DNA of 47,772 bases from a virus (Duplodnaviria > Caudoviricetes): the IMG/VR virus record IMGVR_UViG_3300018050_000664, positions 1 to 47,772 of that record. One strand, written 5' to 3'. Below the pieces are notes generated by a model. The model was not told where the DNA came from. It was given only the letters and a program-made list of their open reading frames with translations, and searched no databases. Of the stretch, positions 1 through 7,766 are shown in pieces; the stretch's first letter is position 1; each line of letters starts with the position of its first letter. A program made the position numbers and the translations under genes.

Positions 1-100
1 AAAACCTAATAGGAGGGGATACAGACGTCTTCGCAAAATAGTCATTATGTCTAATCGAGGTCAGTTAGGGTAGGTATCATGACCTAAATGCGTATCAAAC
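1..100. repeat. 100-bp terminal direct repeat (left copy), most likely assembly circularisation overlap
   Basis: Bases 1-100 (aaaacctaat...cgtatcaaac) are identical to 47673-47772. Confidence 0.95.
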
Positions 101-191
101 ACACCAAGTGACCCAGAGGGGGCTTGACTAGGCTATCTTTCTTTCAGAATTACCATCAGCCATGCGACGCATTTAATCCTAGGCTAATCAA

Positions 192-641
192 TCAATCAGC
201 CTGATTATCGCTGTCTATCGGTCTAGTCCTAGTGCTTATCGGTAAGCCAATAGTCGATACACGCCACAATTCGGTAATGGGGACTAGGATGACTGTCGAT
301 TGGTCATCATCTCCTCCTTGAACCAATCTAGAGCCAGCATAGCCCTTGGTTGTGATGCATATCCTTAAGAACTGCTTAAGGTCTTCCACTGACCAAATGA
401 AGCCCATGTGAGTGGTATCACCCAACTTGAACAGGTGTATCCAATAGTCTGATGCAGTGATGGCTATGCCTGATGCCTTGCCTCTGCATCTGTATTCGAA
501 GCACGCATTGCCTGTGGTAGCCCAAGTATCACGCTCTGTCTTCACCTCTACCTTGGCTTGGTCTGTTCCGAGCCACGTGAGCCAACGTTCGCCTGCCTGA
601 CCATACTGTAGGTCGATATCGAACTTGGCTCTGTCGCTCAT
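192..641 (-). CDS. PD-(D/E)XK/restriction-endonuclease-like phage protein
   Basis: F-D-x-D-L-x-x-G-x-x-G-E N-terminus, VEVK motif, then TGN..FEY...SGI..T.SDYW, a pattern common in phage nuclease-fold proteins; ATGA overlap with the upstream gene. Confidence 0.6.
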   Translation of the reverse strand: MSDRAKFDIDLQYGQAGERWLTWLGTDQAKVEVKTERDTWATTGNACFEYRCRGKASGIAITASDYWIHLFKLGDTTHMGFIWSVEDLKQFLRICITTKGYAGSRLVQGGDDDQSTVILVPITELWRVSTIGLPISTRTRPIDSDNQAD

Positions 642-1297
642 CGGTAGAGGGTTGGACGTCCAAACAATCGCACTGAGTTGGTGTGGTCAAACAACAAATT
701 GGAGTATCGTGAGCCTGTCTCAATCTTACGCTTGGCCATGTATGTAGTGTAGCCAACTGAGGTGAGGAATGAATAGGGCTTGGTCACATCGGGGATGAGC
801 ATGATGGCATCATGTGGTATCTGGTATGCCCTGAGATTACGCATACGTGGTATCTTGGCTATGATGCTTGGGCCAAGGGAATAGCATGCATACAGCACGC
901 TTGGATGTGGGCTATGCCTATGATGCCTGATGAACTCAGCGTTGATGGCATTCAACAGATAGTAGGCATACTCTTCGCTGGCATAGCGATTGTGGGCACT
1001 GTGATAGGTGAATGATGCACGTCCTTCCTTGGCACGCATGGCACTGATGTCATCCCATGCTGATTGGTGTATCTGGAATCTACCTAATGCTGGCCCATCG
1101 CTTGAGCGTCTATCACCAACAGCCAAATCATCATCTCCTGATTCAATCAGGGACAGGGCGGACGTGAGTGCACGCCTATCGTCGTAGATTAACATTCGCT
1201 TGCTCTGGCTCTGATTCATCGCACACAACTGTGTCATGGCCAAGAATAACAAAGCGGGTAAACGTAAGGAGAAGAATGCAAAGCGTGCGTCACTCAT
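638..1297 (-). CDS. Lysozyme/lytic-transglycosylase-like muralytic protein with probable N-terminal signal peptide
   Basis: IESGDDDLAVGD...ALGRFQIH..AWDD (catalytic ES plus GxFQI motif of the lysozyme-like superfamily). Start chosen at MSDARFAFFSLRLPALLFLAMTQLCA (1297); alternative start at 1237. Confidence 0.65.
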   Translation of the reverse strand: MSDARFAFFSLRLPALLFLAMTQLCAMNQSQSKRMLIYDDRRALTSALSLIESGDDDLAVGDRRSSDGPALGRFQIHQSAWDDISAMRAKEGRASFTYHSAHNRYASEEYAYYLLNAINAEFIRHHRHSPHPSVLYACYSLGPSIIAKIPRMRNLRAYQIPHDAIMLIPDVTKPYSFLTSVGYTTYMAKRKIETGSRYSNLLFDHTNSVRLFGRPTLYR

Positions 1298-1667
1298 ACC
1301 TGAGGCATGGTGGACTGGATTCATGGAACAGGTAAAGCATAGATATGACGGCGAGTTCGACGCCGTGATGCTGGAGCCACGTGAATACCTAGACCATGCG
1401 ATACAGGACGTCGTGCGTGACGTAACTGACGGCTCATTCCATGTGGTGTATTCATATCCACTCATCGTGAAGTGGACTGCATACTCGATGATTTACGACA
1501 GTGCACGTCATCACGTGTGGTCGGATGTAGTTGAAGAATACATACAAGATAAGAACGGCATTAGGTGTGAGGCTGAAGAGTTCGTCGAGTACAACACCAT
1601 ACGTTCAATCCCCTACATGGGCATCAACAGGCCTATGATTCAGGCTGAAAGTGAAAATTTTAGGTAA
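1236..1667 (+). CDS. Conserved phage hypothetical protein
   Basis: LEPR..LD.AI...VVY....EAEEF.EYN....PYMG...P pattern seen in many phage proteins of unknown function. Confidence 0.75.
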   Translation: MAKNNKAGKRKEKNAKRASLIPEAWWTGFMEQVKHRYDGEFDAVMLEPREYLDHAIQDVVRDVTDGSFHVVYSYPLIVKWTAYSMIYDSARHHVWSDVVEEYIQDKNGIRCEAEEFVEYNTIRSIPYMGINRPMIQAESENFR

Positions 1668-1674
1668 CTGGATT

Positions 1675-1691
1675 TCGTTGATTATCAACGA
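1675..1691. promoter_or_regulatory. Perfect inverted repeat TCGTTGAT-t-ATCAACGA, possible operator
   Basis: 8-bp perfect arms with a 1-nt spacer, about 35 bp upstream of the early promoter candidate. Confidence 0.5.
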
Positions 1692-1727
1692 CTTACGATG
1701 TATCTGGACGATTTATACATTATGTTG

Positions 1728-1755
1728 TTGCACGCACGTATCTACGTCCCATTGT
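1728..1755 (+). promoter_or_regulatory. Putative sigma70-type early promoter
   Basis: TTGCAC-16 nt-CATTGT; the predicted +1 (~1762) coincides with the start of a 5' hairpin. Confidence 0.4.
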
Positions 1756-1761
1756 GGGTTA

Positions 1762-1876
1762 TGTCGGTGCTAGCCACTGATAACTGAACTATTGTAACAA
1801 CCGCACAGGCCTAAAGCCTCGGTAACAAGCCCCTTAAGGCTAGGGGAGATGAAAGTAACCAATCTTTCCTTCAGTT
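1762..1876 (+). ncRNA. Candidate structured RNA / early 5' leader
   Basis: 5' hairpin 1763-1781, then a 7-bp closing stem (1782-1788 with 1870-1876) enclosing three hairpins (1800-1823, 1830-1846, 1851-1868). Confidence 0.35.
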
Positions 1877-1930
1877 CCTACTTTACAAACAACCAACAGT
1901 TCGTACATCAGATACCAACAACCAATCACC

Positions 1931-1942
1931 GCCCTAACGGGC
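1931..1942 (+). promoter_or_regulatory. GCCC-TAAC-GGGC tetraloop hairpin upstream of a CA-rich leader
   Basis: Short GC stem resembling the hairpins at 2068 and 2412. Confidence 0.45.
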
Positions 1943-1962
1943 ACAACCAACAAACAACCAAC

Positions 1963-2061
1963 ATGAACAAGTACCAAATCGGCACCCTCTGGGTCGTCGC
2001 CCTAGTCATCGACATCGCCATCCTAGTGGCTCTCTGCGTGACCATCGGCCTCGTCTGGTAA
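1963..2061 (+). CDS. Small single-pass membrane protein (32 aa)
   Basis: MNKYQIGTLWVVALVIDIAILVALCVTIGLVW after a caaacaaccaac leader; phage-typical C-ending codons. Confidence 0.65.
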   Translation: MNKYQIGTLWVVALVIDIAILVALCVTIGLVW

Positions 2062-2067
2062 GTGCCA

Positions 2068-2081
2068 GCCCCTTCGGGGGC
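2068..2081 (+). promoter_or_regulatory. GCCCC-TTCG-GGGGC hairpin (cUUCGg tetraloop), copy 1
   Basis: The 16-mer agccccttcgggggca occurs at 2067-2082 and 2411-2426, each just after a stop codon; no strong U-tract. Confidence 0.7.
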
Positions 2082-2128
2082 ATCCTTTCCCACCACACAC
2101 ACAACCAACCAACAACCAAACAACCAAC

Positions 2129-2404
2129 ATGAGTAACATCAAGAACATCAAAGGCATCAAGGGCATCAAGTCCGTACGCAAGTCCAAGTCCCGTAAGAAG
2201 GGCGAAGCCATCTGTGCACTGACCATCGCCTCGGGCGATTCAAACACCCTTGAGCACTACTGTCGTATCGAGGAACTTCGTTTCCGAATCGAGCGAGTCA
2301 AGGCGGAGGCCCACAAATGTGGGTACCGCTTCGTCAAGACCGAGTGGGCGACGTGCGTCATCGAAGACGCTCTCACCCAAGTCGAGAAGCAGTTAGGCCT
2401 CTAA
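2129..2404 (+). CDS. Hypothetical early protein with basic N-terminus
   Basis: CA-rich leader, ATGAGTAACATCAA start, four 9-nt repeats encoding NIK/NIK/GIK/GIK. Confidence 0.75.
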   Translation: MSNIKNIKGIKGIKSVRKSKSRKKGEAICALTIASGDSNTLEHYCRIEELRFRIERVKAEAHKCGYRFVKTEWATCVIEDALTQVEKQLGL

Positions 2405-2411
2405 TGTTCTA

Positions 2412-2425
2412 GCCCCTTCGGGGGC
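2412..2425 (+). promoter_or_regulatory. GCCCC-TTCG-GGGGC hairpin, copy 2
   Basis: Identical to 2068-2081; lies between the stop codon at 2404 and the tRNA-Pro gene. Confidence 0.7.
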
Positions 2426-2434
2426 ACCAATTTA

Positions 2435-2509
2435 CAGCAAGTATCTCAAAGGTAGAGTCTATGCATGGGGTGCATAGTGTTGCAGGTTCGAGTCCTGTCT
2501 TGCTGACCA
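2435..2509 (+). tRNA. tRNA-Pro(GGG), CCA encoded
   Basis: Acceptor CAGCAAG/CTTGCTG, C1:G72 and A73 (Pro identity), anticodon stem TATGC/GCATA with loop ATGGGGT, T-loop GGTTCGAGTCC. Confidence 0.9.
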
Positions 2510-2554
2510 TTTCCTAACCCAAAAAAACAACCAACCAAACAACCAAATACAACC

Positions 2555-3559
2555 ATGAGTAACATCAACATCATCGACACGCTCTGCACCTCTGTGCAGG
2601 GGCTCAGTGTTCAGGCATACACCTCTGACGAGGGATGGAGCAAAGACCACGTTCACCAGCGTGCTGTCATTGACGAATCCCACGCCAAGTATGCCGAACT
2701 CAAGTCCCTCAAAGATAAGAAGCGTATCGCACTGGAATCCATCGACCTCGTTCTCAAAGCGTGGCTCGAAGGCAACGAAGGATTCGAAAAAATCCTTACG
2801 GATGCCTACAGTTACAAGCAGTACCTTGCGAACGTCGCACACGACAACTACGATAGCGTCAACTGGAAGCACATTGATGACGTCGGAATCCGCAAGGCCT
2901 TCCGTTCCGCCTTCAAGTCCTTCGCTAAGAGCAATCAGGCTGTCCTGTTCAGGCTGTACCACACCAAGATTCAGGAACTTGAAAACGACATCGGCGAAGA
3001 GGCCATCAAGGCTGTCAGCAAGCACGTCGATGAGCAGGTCAACGTAGTTAAAAACAAGATACACGACAAGATGGCCAAGGCCATCCGTGAGTCTGGCAAC
3101 TACGCCTCTGTCGAAGTCGAAGGGCTCCACAGGAACCACAGGTCCCAAATCTGCTACACGATTCTCCATAACGACTTCCTCATGACCAATGAGGATTTGG
3201 AAGAGCGTAACAAGCGGGGCACGGACAAGGTTGCTCACCAGAACTTCGTCATCTCCGTAGAGTTCGAAGCCGACGGGCGTAACAACTACGCCTCTGGAGA
3301 CAAGGACTCGCACGTGAAGCAGGTGGCCATCGGCCACATCAAGTCCCACGAAGAGGACGGCAAGACCCTTCGCTACTTCGTGGAAGAAGACTACGTGTAC
3401 ATCCGCAGTGGCGGTAGCAGTCTGAACTTCCAGTCCAAGAATATCCGCCAAATCAAGCGTCTCAAGTTGCTCCTCTCCTGCGTCATGGAAATGGCCGAAA
3501 TCGAGAACAACGCCGTCTGGGCTCGCCGTGACTGGCTCTCTCAAGTCCACTGCATCTAA
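2555..3559 (+). CDS. Hypothetical early protein (334 aa)
   Basis: Long ORF with strong phage codon bias, CA-rich leader and ATGAGTAACATCAA start. Confidence 0.85.
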   Translation: MSNINIIDTLCTSVQGLSVQAYTSDEGWSKDHVHQRAVIDESHAKYAELKSLKDKKRIALESIDLVLKAWLEGNEGFEKILTDAYSYKQYLANVAHDNYDSVNWKHIDDVGIRKAFRSAFKSFAKSNQAVLFRLYHTKIQELENDIGEEAIKAVSKHVDEQVNVVKNKIHDKMAKAIRESGNYASVEVEGLHRNHRSQICYTILHNDFLMTNEDLEERNKRGTDKVAHQNFVISVEFEADGRNNYASGDKDSHVKQVAIGHIKSHEEDGKTLRYFVEEDYVYIRSGGSSLNFQSKNIRQIKRLKLLLSCVMEMAEIENNAVWARRDWLSQVHCI

Positions 3560-3564
3560 CCACC

Positions 3565-3855
3565 ATGTCTGACCTCAACATCAACGACGCCGACTTCCTC
3601 AAGTCCCTCAAGTCCCACAAGGACTTGGTACGGGACGGGGAGTACGCAAGAGAAGGCACCTATGCCTTCAGGGAGCCCAAGGCCAACAACCGCAAGGACA
3701 AGATGCGTAGCATCGCTATCTCCATCCACGAACACCAGTTCCAAATCCTTGTGGATTACGCACGTCAGCAAAACTGCTCGATTTCTGCGGCCTGCAAGAT
3801 GTACTTCCACGAACTCATCAACAACCAAATCAAAATCAAAAATGGCCAAGCGTAA
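3565..3855 (+). CDS. Ribbon-helix-helix (CopG/Arc-like) DNA-binding protein
   Basis: MRSIAISIHEHQFQILVDYARQQNCSISAACKMYFHELI fits the beta-alpha-alpha RHH pattern. Confidence 0.55.
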   Translation: MSDLNINDADFLKSLKSHKDLVRDGEYAREGTYAFREPKANNRKDKMRSIAISIHEHQFQILVDYARQQNCSISAACKMYFHELINNQIKIKNGQA

Positions 3856-4144
3856 ATTAGAGTCTTCCTTCAAGAGCACGGCACGTCGCACGTACAAGCG
3901 TGCAGGCAGACTGCTTCATGTCGGACACTCGCATAAAGACCTTCAGCACAACGTCGCCCAACTCAACTGGGGCGTGAGTGACACTGATGAATGGGTCGCA
4001 CGTGCGAGCAAGGCTGACGAGTACATCACCGAACTGGTGAACTACACGTACCTCAAGCACGGATTCAAAATCAGCCGTCGTAAACTCTTCATGAAATTGT
4101 TTGAAGATTTCATGGACAAGAATCCCATCCCCAAGACAATCTAA
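3842..4144 (+). CDS. Hypothetical basic protein, possibly with an RHH-like C-terminus
   Basis: Start MAKRKLESS at 3842 overlaps the upstream stop; C-terminal GFKISRRKLFMKLFEDFM helix. Confidence 0.65.
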   Translation: MAKRKLESSFKSTARRTYKRAGRLLHVGHSHKDLQHNVAQLNWGVSDTDEWVARASKADEYITELVNYTYLKHGFKISRRKLFMKLFEDFMDKNPIPKTI

Positions 4145-4149
4145 CACAT

Positions 4150-4222
4150 CGGGCAGTATCTCAATTGGTAGAGTCCCTGCTTTGGGAGCAGGGTGTTGCA
4201 GGTTCAAGTCCTGTCTGCCCGA
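4150..4222 (+). tRNA. tRNA-Pro(TGG)
   Basis: Acceptor CGGGCAG/CTGCCCG, A73, anticodon stem CCTGC/GCAGG with loop TTTGGGA, T-loop GGTTCAAGTCC; CCA not encoded. Confidence 0.9.
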
Positions 4223-4249
4223 CACTTTCCACCCACACACAACACAACC

Positions 4250-5179
4250 ATGAGTAACATCAACAAATCCGAGGCCCGTGCTCTCTACAAAGCACGTGTC
4301 ATCAACCACCGCAACGGCGTCGCCAAAATCGTCCGTGAGCAGAACGCACATCGCTTCAGCGTGAAGTCCGTTCCCCTGTTCACCGAGGATGGAGTCCCCG
4401 CCAACGCATGGGGCAACGTCCGTGAGGATAGCAACGTCGTCATCGGCGTCACGTCCGAGCGATATGGCATCCTCCAGAACAACGAACTGGAAGACGTCAT
4501 CCTCAACGGCCTGAAGGGACGCAACCTCCAGCCCACCGAAACCGAAGGCATCGTCGCTTCGCACGGCTCCCGTGTGCACGTCCGCTATGACTTCCGTGAC
4601 GAGGCTTTCGAGGTGCCCACCAGCAAGCGTGGAGACATCATCTGCCTCCGCCTCATCACGCACAACTCGTTCAACGGCTCGTCTCCTGCGTCCGTGTCCG
4701 TCGGTGCCGTGCGTCTCGTATGCACGAATGGCATGACGTCCTTCAGCGAAGAACTCACGCTCACCAGCAAGCACAACAGCAGTATCCGTCCTGAGTTCGC
4801 CCTTGGCGTGCTCGACAGTGCCATCCTCCAGTGGGATGCCCTCAAGCGTCAGACCACCACTCTGGCCAGTAAGCGGATTACGGATACGCAGGGATTCAAC
4901 GCCATCGAGAACATCGTCGGGCGTGGTCTTATCGGCGAACACGTAGGCAAGCGTGTGCTTGAACGCTGGAAGTCTCCTTCCTTCGAGCACGACTCCGAGC
5001 GTACGATGTGGAACCTGTACAATGCGTTCACGGAAGTGTTCACGCATGACGCCAGCATCCACAAATACGAATCCAACGAGCGTAAGTCTGGCCGTATCCT
5101 GAGTGCCCTGTACACTGCTTCCGAGCACGAAGACTCTGGCATCAGGTTGCTGGACAGCATCGACCAAGCCTACAACTAA
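4250..5179 (+). CDS. DUF932 (DUF945-like) phage/plasmid protein
   Basis: R.D...VIG.TSERY.ILQN; HNSFNGS; RLVCTNGM; TMWNLYNAFTE motifs. Real start is ATG 4250 after the tRNA. Confidence 0.85.
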   Translation: MSNINKSEARALYKARVINHRNGVAKIVREQNAHRFSVKSVPLFTEDGVPANAWGNVREDSNVVIGVTSERYGILQNNELEDVILNGLKGRNLQPTETEGIVASHGSRVHVRYDFRDEAFEVPTSKRGDIICLRLITHNSFNGSSPASVSVGAVRLVCTNGMTSFSEELTLTSKHNSSIRPEFALGVLDSAILQWDALKRQTTTLASKRITDTQGFNAIENIVGRGLIGEHVGKRVLERWKSPSFEHDSERTMWNLYNAFTEVFTHDASIHKYESNERKSGRILSALYTASEHEDSGIRLLDSIDQAYN

Positions 5180-5418
5180 TGGCCGTTCGCTCCAATCGTC
5201 CCGCCACTGAACAGGTCAATGCCGACCTGTCCGCCGACCTCATCCGTCGGCGTCAGTGGCAGGCGGTCAGGTTCCTGCACTATGCGTGCAAGGACTTGGA
5301 CTGCGTATCGGACAAGAATCTCGCCACTCGAATCAAAGCAAAGATTCAGATTGCAATCGACGAACTCGACCTGAACATCCGAACGAACAACCATGAGTCA
5401 TCTCAAGAATCTATCTGA
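5179..5418 (+). CDS. Hypothetical protein
   Basis: TAATG coupling to the upstream gene, consistent codon usage. Confidence 0.65.
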   Translation: MAVRSNRPATEQVNADLSADLIRRRQWQAVRFLHYACKDLDCVSDKNLATRIKAKIQIAIDELDLNIRTNNHESSQESI

Positions 5419-6280
5419 GTGTGAGGCCAGCCTCACGCTTCACAGGGTCACGCTACGGCCTGACCTCAGCGAAGAAGAGTATCGCTCTCTCGACGCCATC
5501 AACCAGTCATACCTCAAGCGTGTCCACACGCACGGCGTAGCACACGCCGAGGCCGACAAGCACAGCAAGGTGCAGAAGTCCAAGGCTCTCCTCATCGGTA
5601 GCCTGTACCACTGCCTCACGCTGGAGCCTGATGAAGTCCACAAGCGTTACCTCCGTGCTCCTAATGTGGATAGACGCACCAAGTACGGCAAAGAGGTGCA
5701 CGCCGAGTTCGAGCAATCATCCAATGGCCTTGAGGTCGTCAAGGGTGATGACTGGGACGTGGCCGAGGCTATGTCCAAGTCTGCTTTTGAAATCGTCAAG
5801 TCACGCTTCGACAGGCCTGAAGTCATGTACGAGATTGCCTTCACTGGCGTCGCCAAGGTTGATTACAAATGGGAGGGCAAATTGTACTCCTTCCCTTTCA
5901 ACCTCAAAGGCAAACTCGACCTGCTCACCAAGCCTTGGAAATCAAAGGAGGAACAGGAGATTGAAATCCTCGACCTGAAATCCATGGCCAGCCTGTCCGA
6001 CAGCGACGTTATTGCGTCCGCACGTGGCAGTTGCTGGGGCATCCAGTCTGCCTTCTACAGCGACTGCGTGCGTGAGGCGTTGGGCACCATGCCCAAGTTC
6101 ACCTACGTATGCTCCGAGAAGGAAGAGCCCAACCTGAGCCGTGAGTTCGTCGTCGCACCCGAGATGATTGAGCGTGGACGTCATATGTACCTGCGTTCGC
6201 TTGTGCAAATCTCCGAGTGGAAAAGGAACGGAAAGCCCATGGACTACCGCTATGTCGGAGTCACGGAACTCAATGCCTGA
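5393..6280 (+). CDS. RecE/exonuclease VIII-like PD-(D/E)XK exonuclease (DUF3799 type)
   Basis: EYR...AINQSYLK, GSLYHCLTLEP, DRRTKYGK, KGKLD...ILDLKS, QSAFY, EKEEP motifs. Confidence 0.85.
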   Translation: MSHLKNLSECEASLTLHRVTLRPDLSEEEYRSLDAINQSYLKRVHTHGVAHAEADKHSKVQKSKALLIGSLYHCLTLEPDEVHKRYLRAPNVDRRTKYGKEVHAEFEQSSNGLEVVKGDDWDVAEAMSKSAFEIVKSRFDRPEVMYEIAFTGVAKVDYKWEGKLYSFPFNLKGKLDLLTKPWKSKEEQEIEILDLKSMASLSDSDVIASARGSCWGIQSAFYSDCVREALGTMPKFTYVCSEKEEPNLSREFVVAPEMIERGRHMYLRSLVQISEWKRNGKPMDYRYVGVTELNA

Positions 6281-6935
6281 AGACTTCCCATTCAAGGGCG
6301 TCTGGATACCTGCCAAGGTGTTCAGGGACTCAAGGCTCACGCAGTCTGACAAGTTCCTGTGGTCTATCGTGCACATCCTGTCCAATGCCAAGGGCTGTTT
6401 CGCCACCCGTGAGACGCTCGCCAACTACCTCGATATGTCCGAGAGGAATGTCCAGTATGGCATCGGCAGGTTAGTGGAATGTGGATACGTCAGGCGTGCC
6501 AAGGATGGCACCATCTGGGATATCCTAACGCTCGCCCTTGAGGGTGAAGCCGATTGCACCCAAGGGGTGAAAGAAATTTCGCTTGAGGGGTGCAAAGAAT
6601 TTCACCCATATGGATACAAGGATATGGATAAGAAAGATAAACGGGCGGAGCCCGAACTGGACGATTCCTTTATCCGTTCAAACGAGAGCCTTAGTGCCGT
6701 CTGGGACAGTTACATGAAGTGGCGTAAGTCCAACCGCAAGCCAGCCAACGTAGCCTACGTCAATCGCTGGAACGAGGAACTCAGGGAGTGGGGCGTCGCC
6801 GATGCCGTCTCCGCAGTCACCACGTCCCTGCTCAACGGCTACCAAGGCATCTTCAGACCCAAGACCAAGGGAGCCTTCCAGCAGTACATCAACAAACAAG
6901 CCAAGAGCACCGATGACCACGCCAAAGGATTCTAA
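6273..6935 (+). CDS. Phage replication initiator (N-terminal winged HTH)
   Basis: FKGVWIP...LT..DKFL...GCFATRETLA.YL.MSER.V...I.RL...GYV; C-terminal NGYQGIF; internal iterons; followed by a DnaC-like ATPase. Confidence 0.8.
   Translation: MPEDFPFKGVWIPAKVFRDSRLTQSDKFLWSIVHILSNAKGCFATRETLANYLDMSERNVQYGIGRLVECGYVRRAKDGTIWDILTLALEGEADCTQGVKEISLEGCKEFHPYGYKDMDKKDKRAEPELDDSFIRSNESLSAVWDSYMKWRKSNRKPANVAYVNRWNEELREWGVADAVSAVTTSLLNGYQGIFRPKTKGAFQQYINKQAKSTDDHAKGF
6542..6641. repeat. Putative replication origin: three 20-bp semi-palindromic iterons at 23-bp period plus an A-rich tract
   Basis: gggtgaagccgattgcaccc (6542), gggtgaaagaaatttcgctt (6565), gggtgcaaagaatttcaccc (6588), then atatggata twice and an A-rich run. 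Confidence 0.7.
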
Positions 6936-7608
6936 CGCACCCCTGTGCCGTAACTTCAACTGCAACAACACGTGCCACGTGCGTGAGTTTGGTGAGGACG
7001 GCATAGCCATCTACGAGACGCTGTGCACGCCCTGCATGGTGCACTGGAACAAGATGGTCCTGTCCGTCGGTATGCCCAAGGAGCCCAAGCCAGAGACTCC
7101 CATGCCTGCCCTATTCGAGGACACCGAGCCTGAGCGTATCGGAGAGCCTTTGGGCCAGTTCGCCGTCGCATGGCAACCCAGTGGCAAGGGCCTGCTTATC
7201 CATGGCTCCACACGTAAGGGGAAAACACGTACGGCTTGGTACATCGCCAACAGGCTTTGGAAGACCGACAGGTACAAGAACAAGTATCTGTTCCTCACCA
7301 TGTTCGAACTCGAAGCACGCATCGCATCGTCGTGGGGCAACAGCACATGGGACAAGACCATGCTCCACATGACCAACGTGCCTCTTCTGTTCCTCGACGA
7401 CCTCGGCAAGGAGAAGATGACTGACCGCATGGCCTCATGCCTCTTTGCCCTCGTTGACCAGCGTACGATGCACCAGCGTCCTACCATCATCACGACTAAC
7501 CTCACGGGCGAGACCCTGCTGGAGCGATTCCATGACAAGGAGACTGGGGCGGCCTTTGTCGCACGACTCAAAGACCCAGACCTCTTCCAGCGTGTCGCCG
7601 CAAAATGA
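6913..7608 (+). CDS. DnaC/IstB-like AAA+ helicase loader
   Basis: N-terminal Cys cluster, Walker A GSTRKGKT, Walker B LLFLDDLGKE, RPTIITTN. Confidence 0.85.
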   Translation: MTTPKDSNAPLCRNFNCNNTCHVREFGEDGIAIYETLCTPCMVHWNKMVLSVGMPKEPKPETPMPALFEDTEPERIGEPLGQFAVAWQPSGKGLLIHGSTRKGKTRTAWYIANRLWKTDRYKNKYLFLTMFELEARIASSWGNSTWDKTMLHMTNVPLLFLDDLGKEKMTDRMASCLFALVDQRTMHQRPTIITTNLTGETLLERFHDKETGAAFVARLKDPDLFQRVAAK

Positions 7609-7766
7609 ACGAAGTCGAAAAACTCCAAGCAGAAATCGCCACCCTCAAGGCCGAGGTCGAGCGTCTGAATCACAAGGTCAACTACTACAGGATTGAAGCC
7701 GAGTGCGACCATGGTCGCTGGTTGCGATGCCTTGAGGAACTGGAGCAACTGCGTAAGCAGAAATGA
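7605..7766 (+). CDS. Small coiled-coil protein (53 aa; absent from the ORF track)
   Basis: MNEVEKLQAEIATLKAEVERLNHKVNYYRIEAECDHGRWLRCLEELEQLRKQK; ATGA overlaps at both ends. Confidence 0.75.
   Translation: MNEVEKLQAEIATLKAEVERLNHKVNYYRIEAECDHGRWLRCLEELEQLRKQK

Noticed and set aside
1-100. Terminal repeat as a biological DTR
   Set aside because: An exact round 100-bp overlap is typical of assembler circularisation; physical ends cannot be inferred without reads
1777-1855. Hammerhead ribozyme (CTGATAA ... GAAA)
   Set aside because: The core must be CUGANGA, and the stems do not fit hammerhead topology
1931-2568. CRISPR-like or attC-like array
   Set aside because: Repeats are only 12-16 nt, irregularly spaced and separated by whole genes; no cas or integron integrase
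4193-4249. N-terminal extension of DUF932 in the ORF track
   Set aside because: It overlaps the tRNA-Pro T-arm; ATG 4250 has the shared leader and start motif
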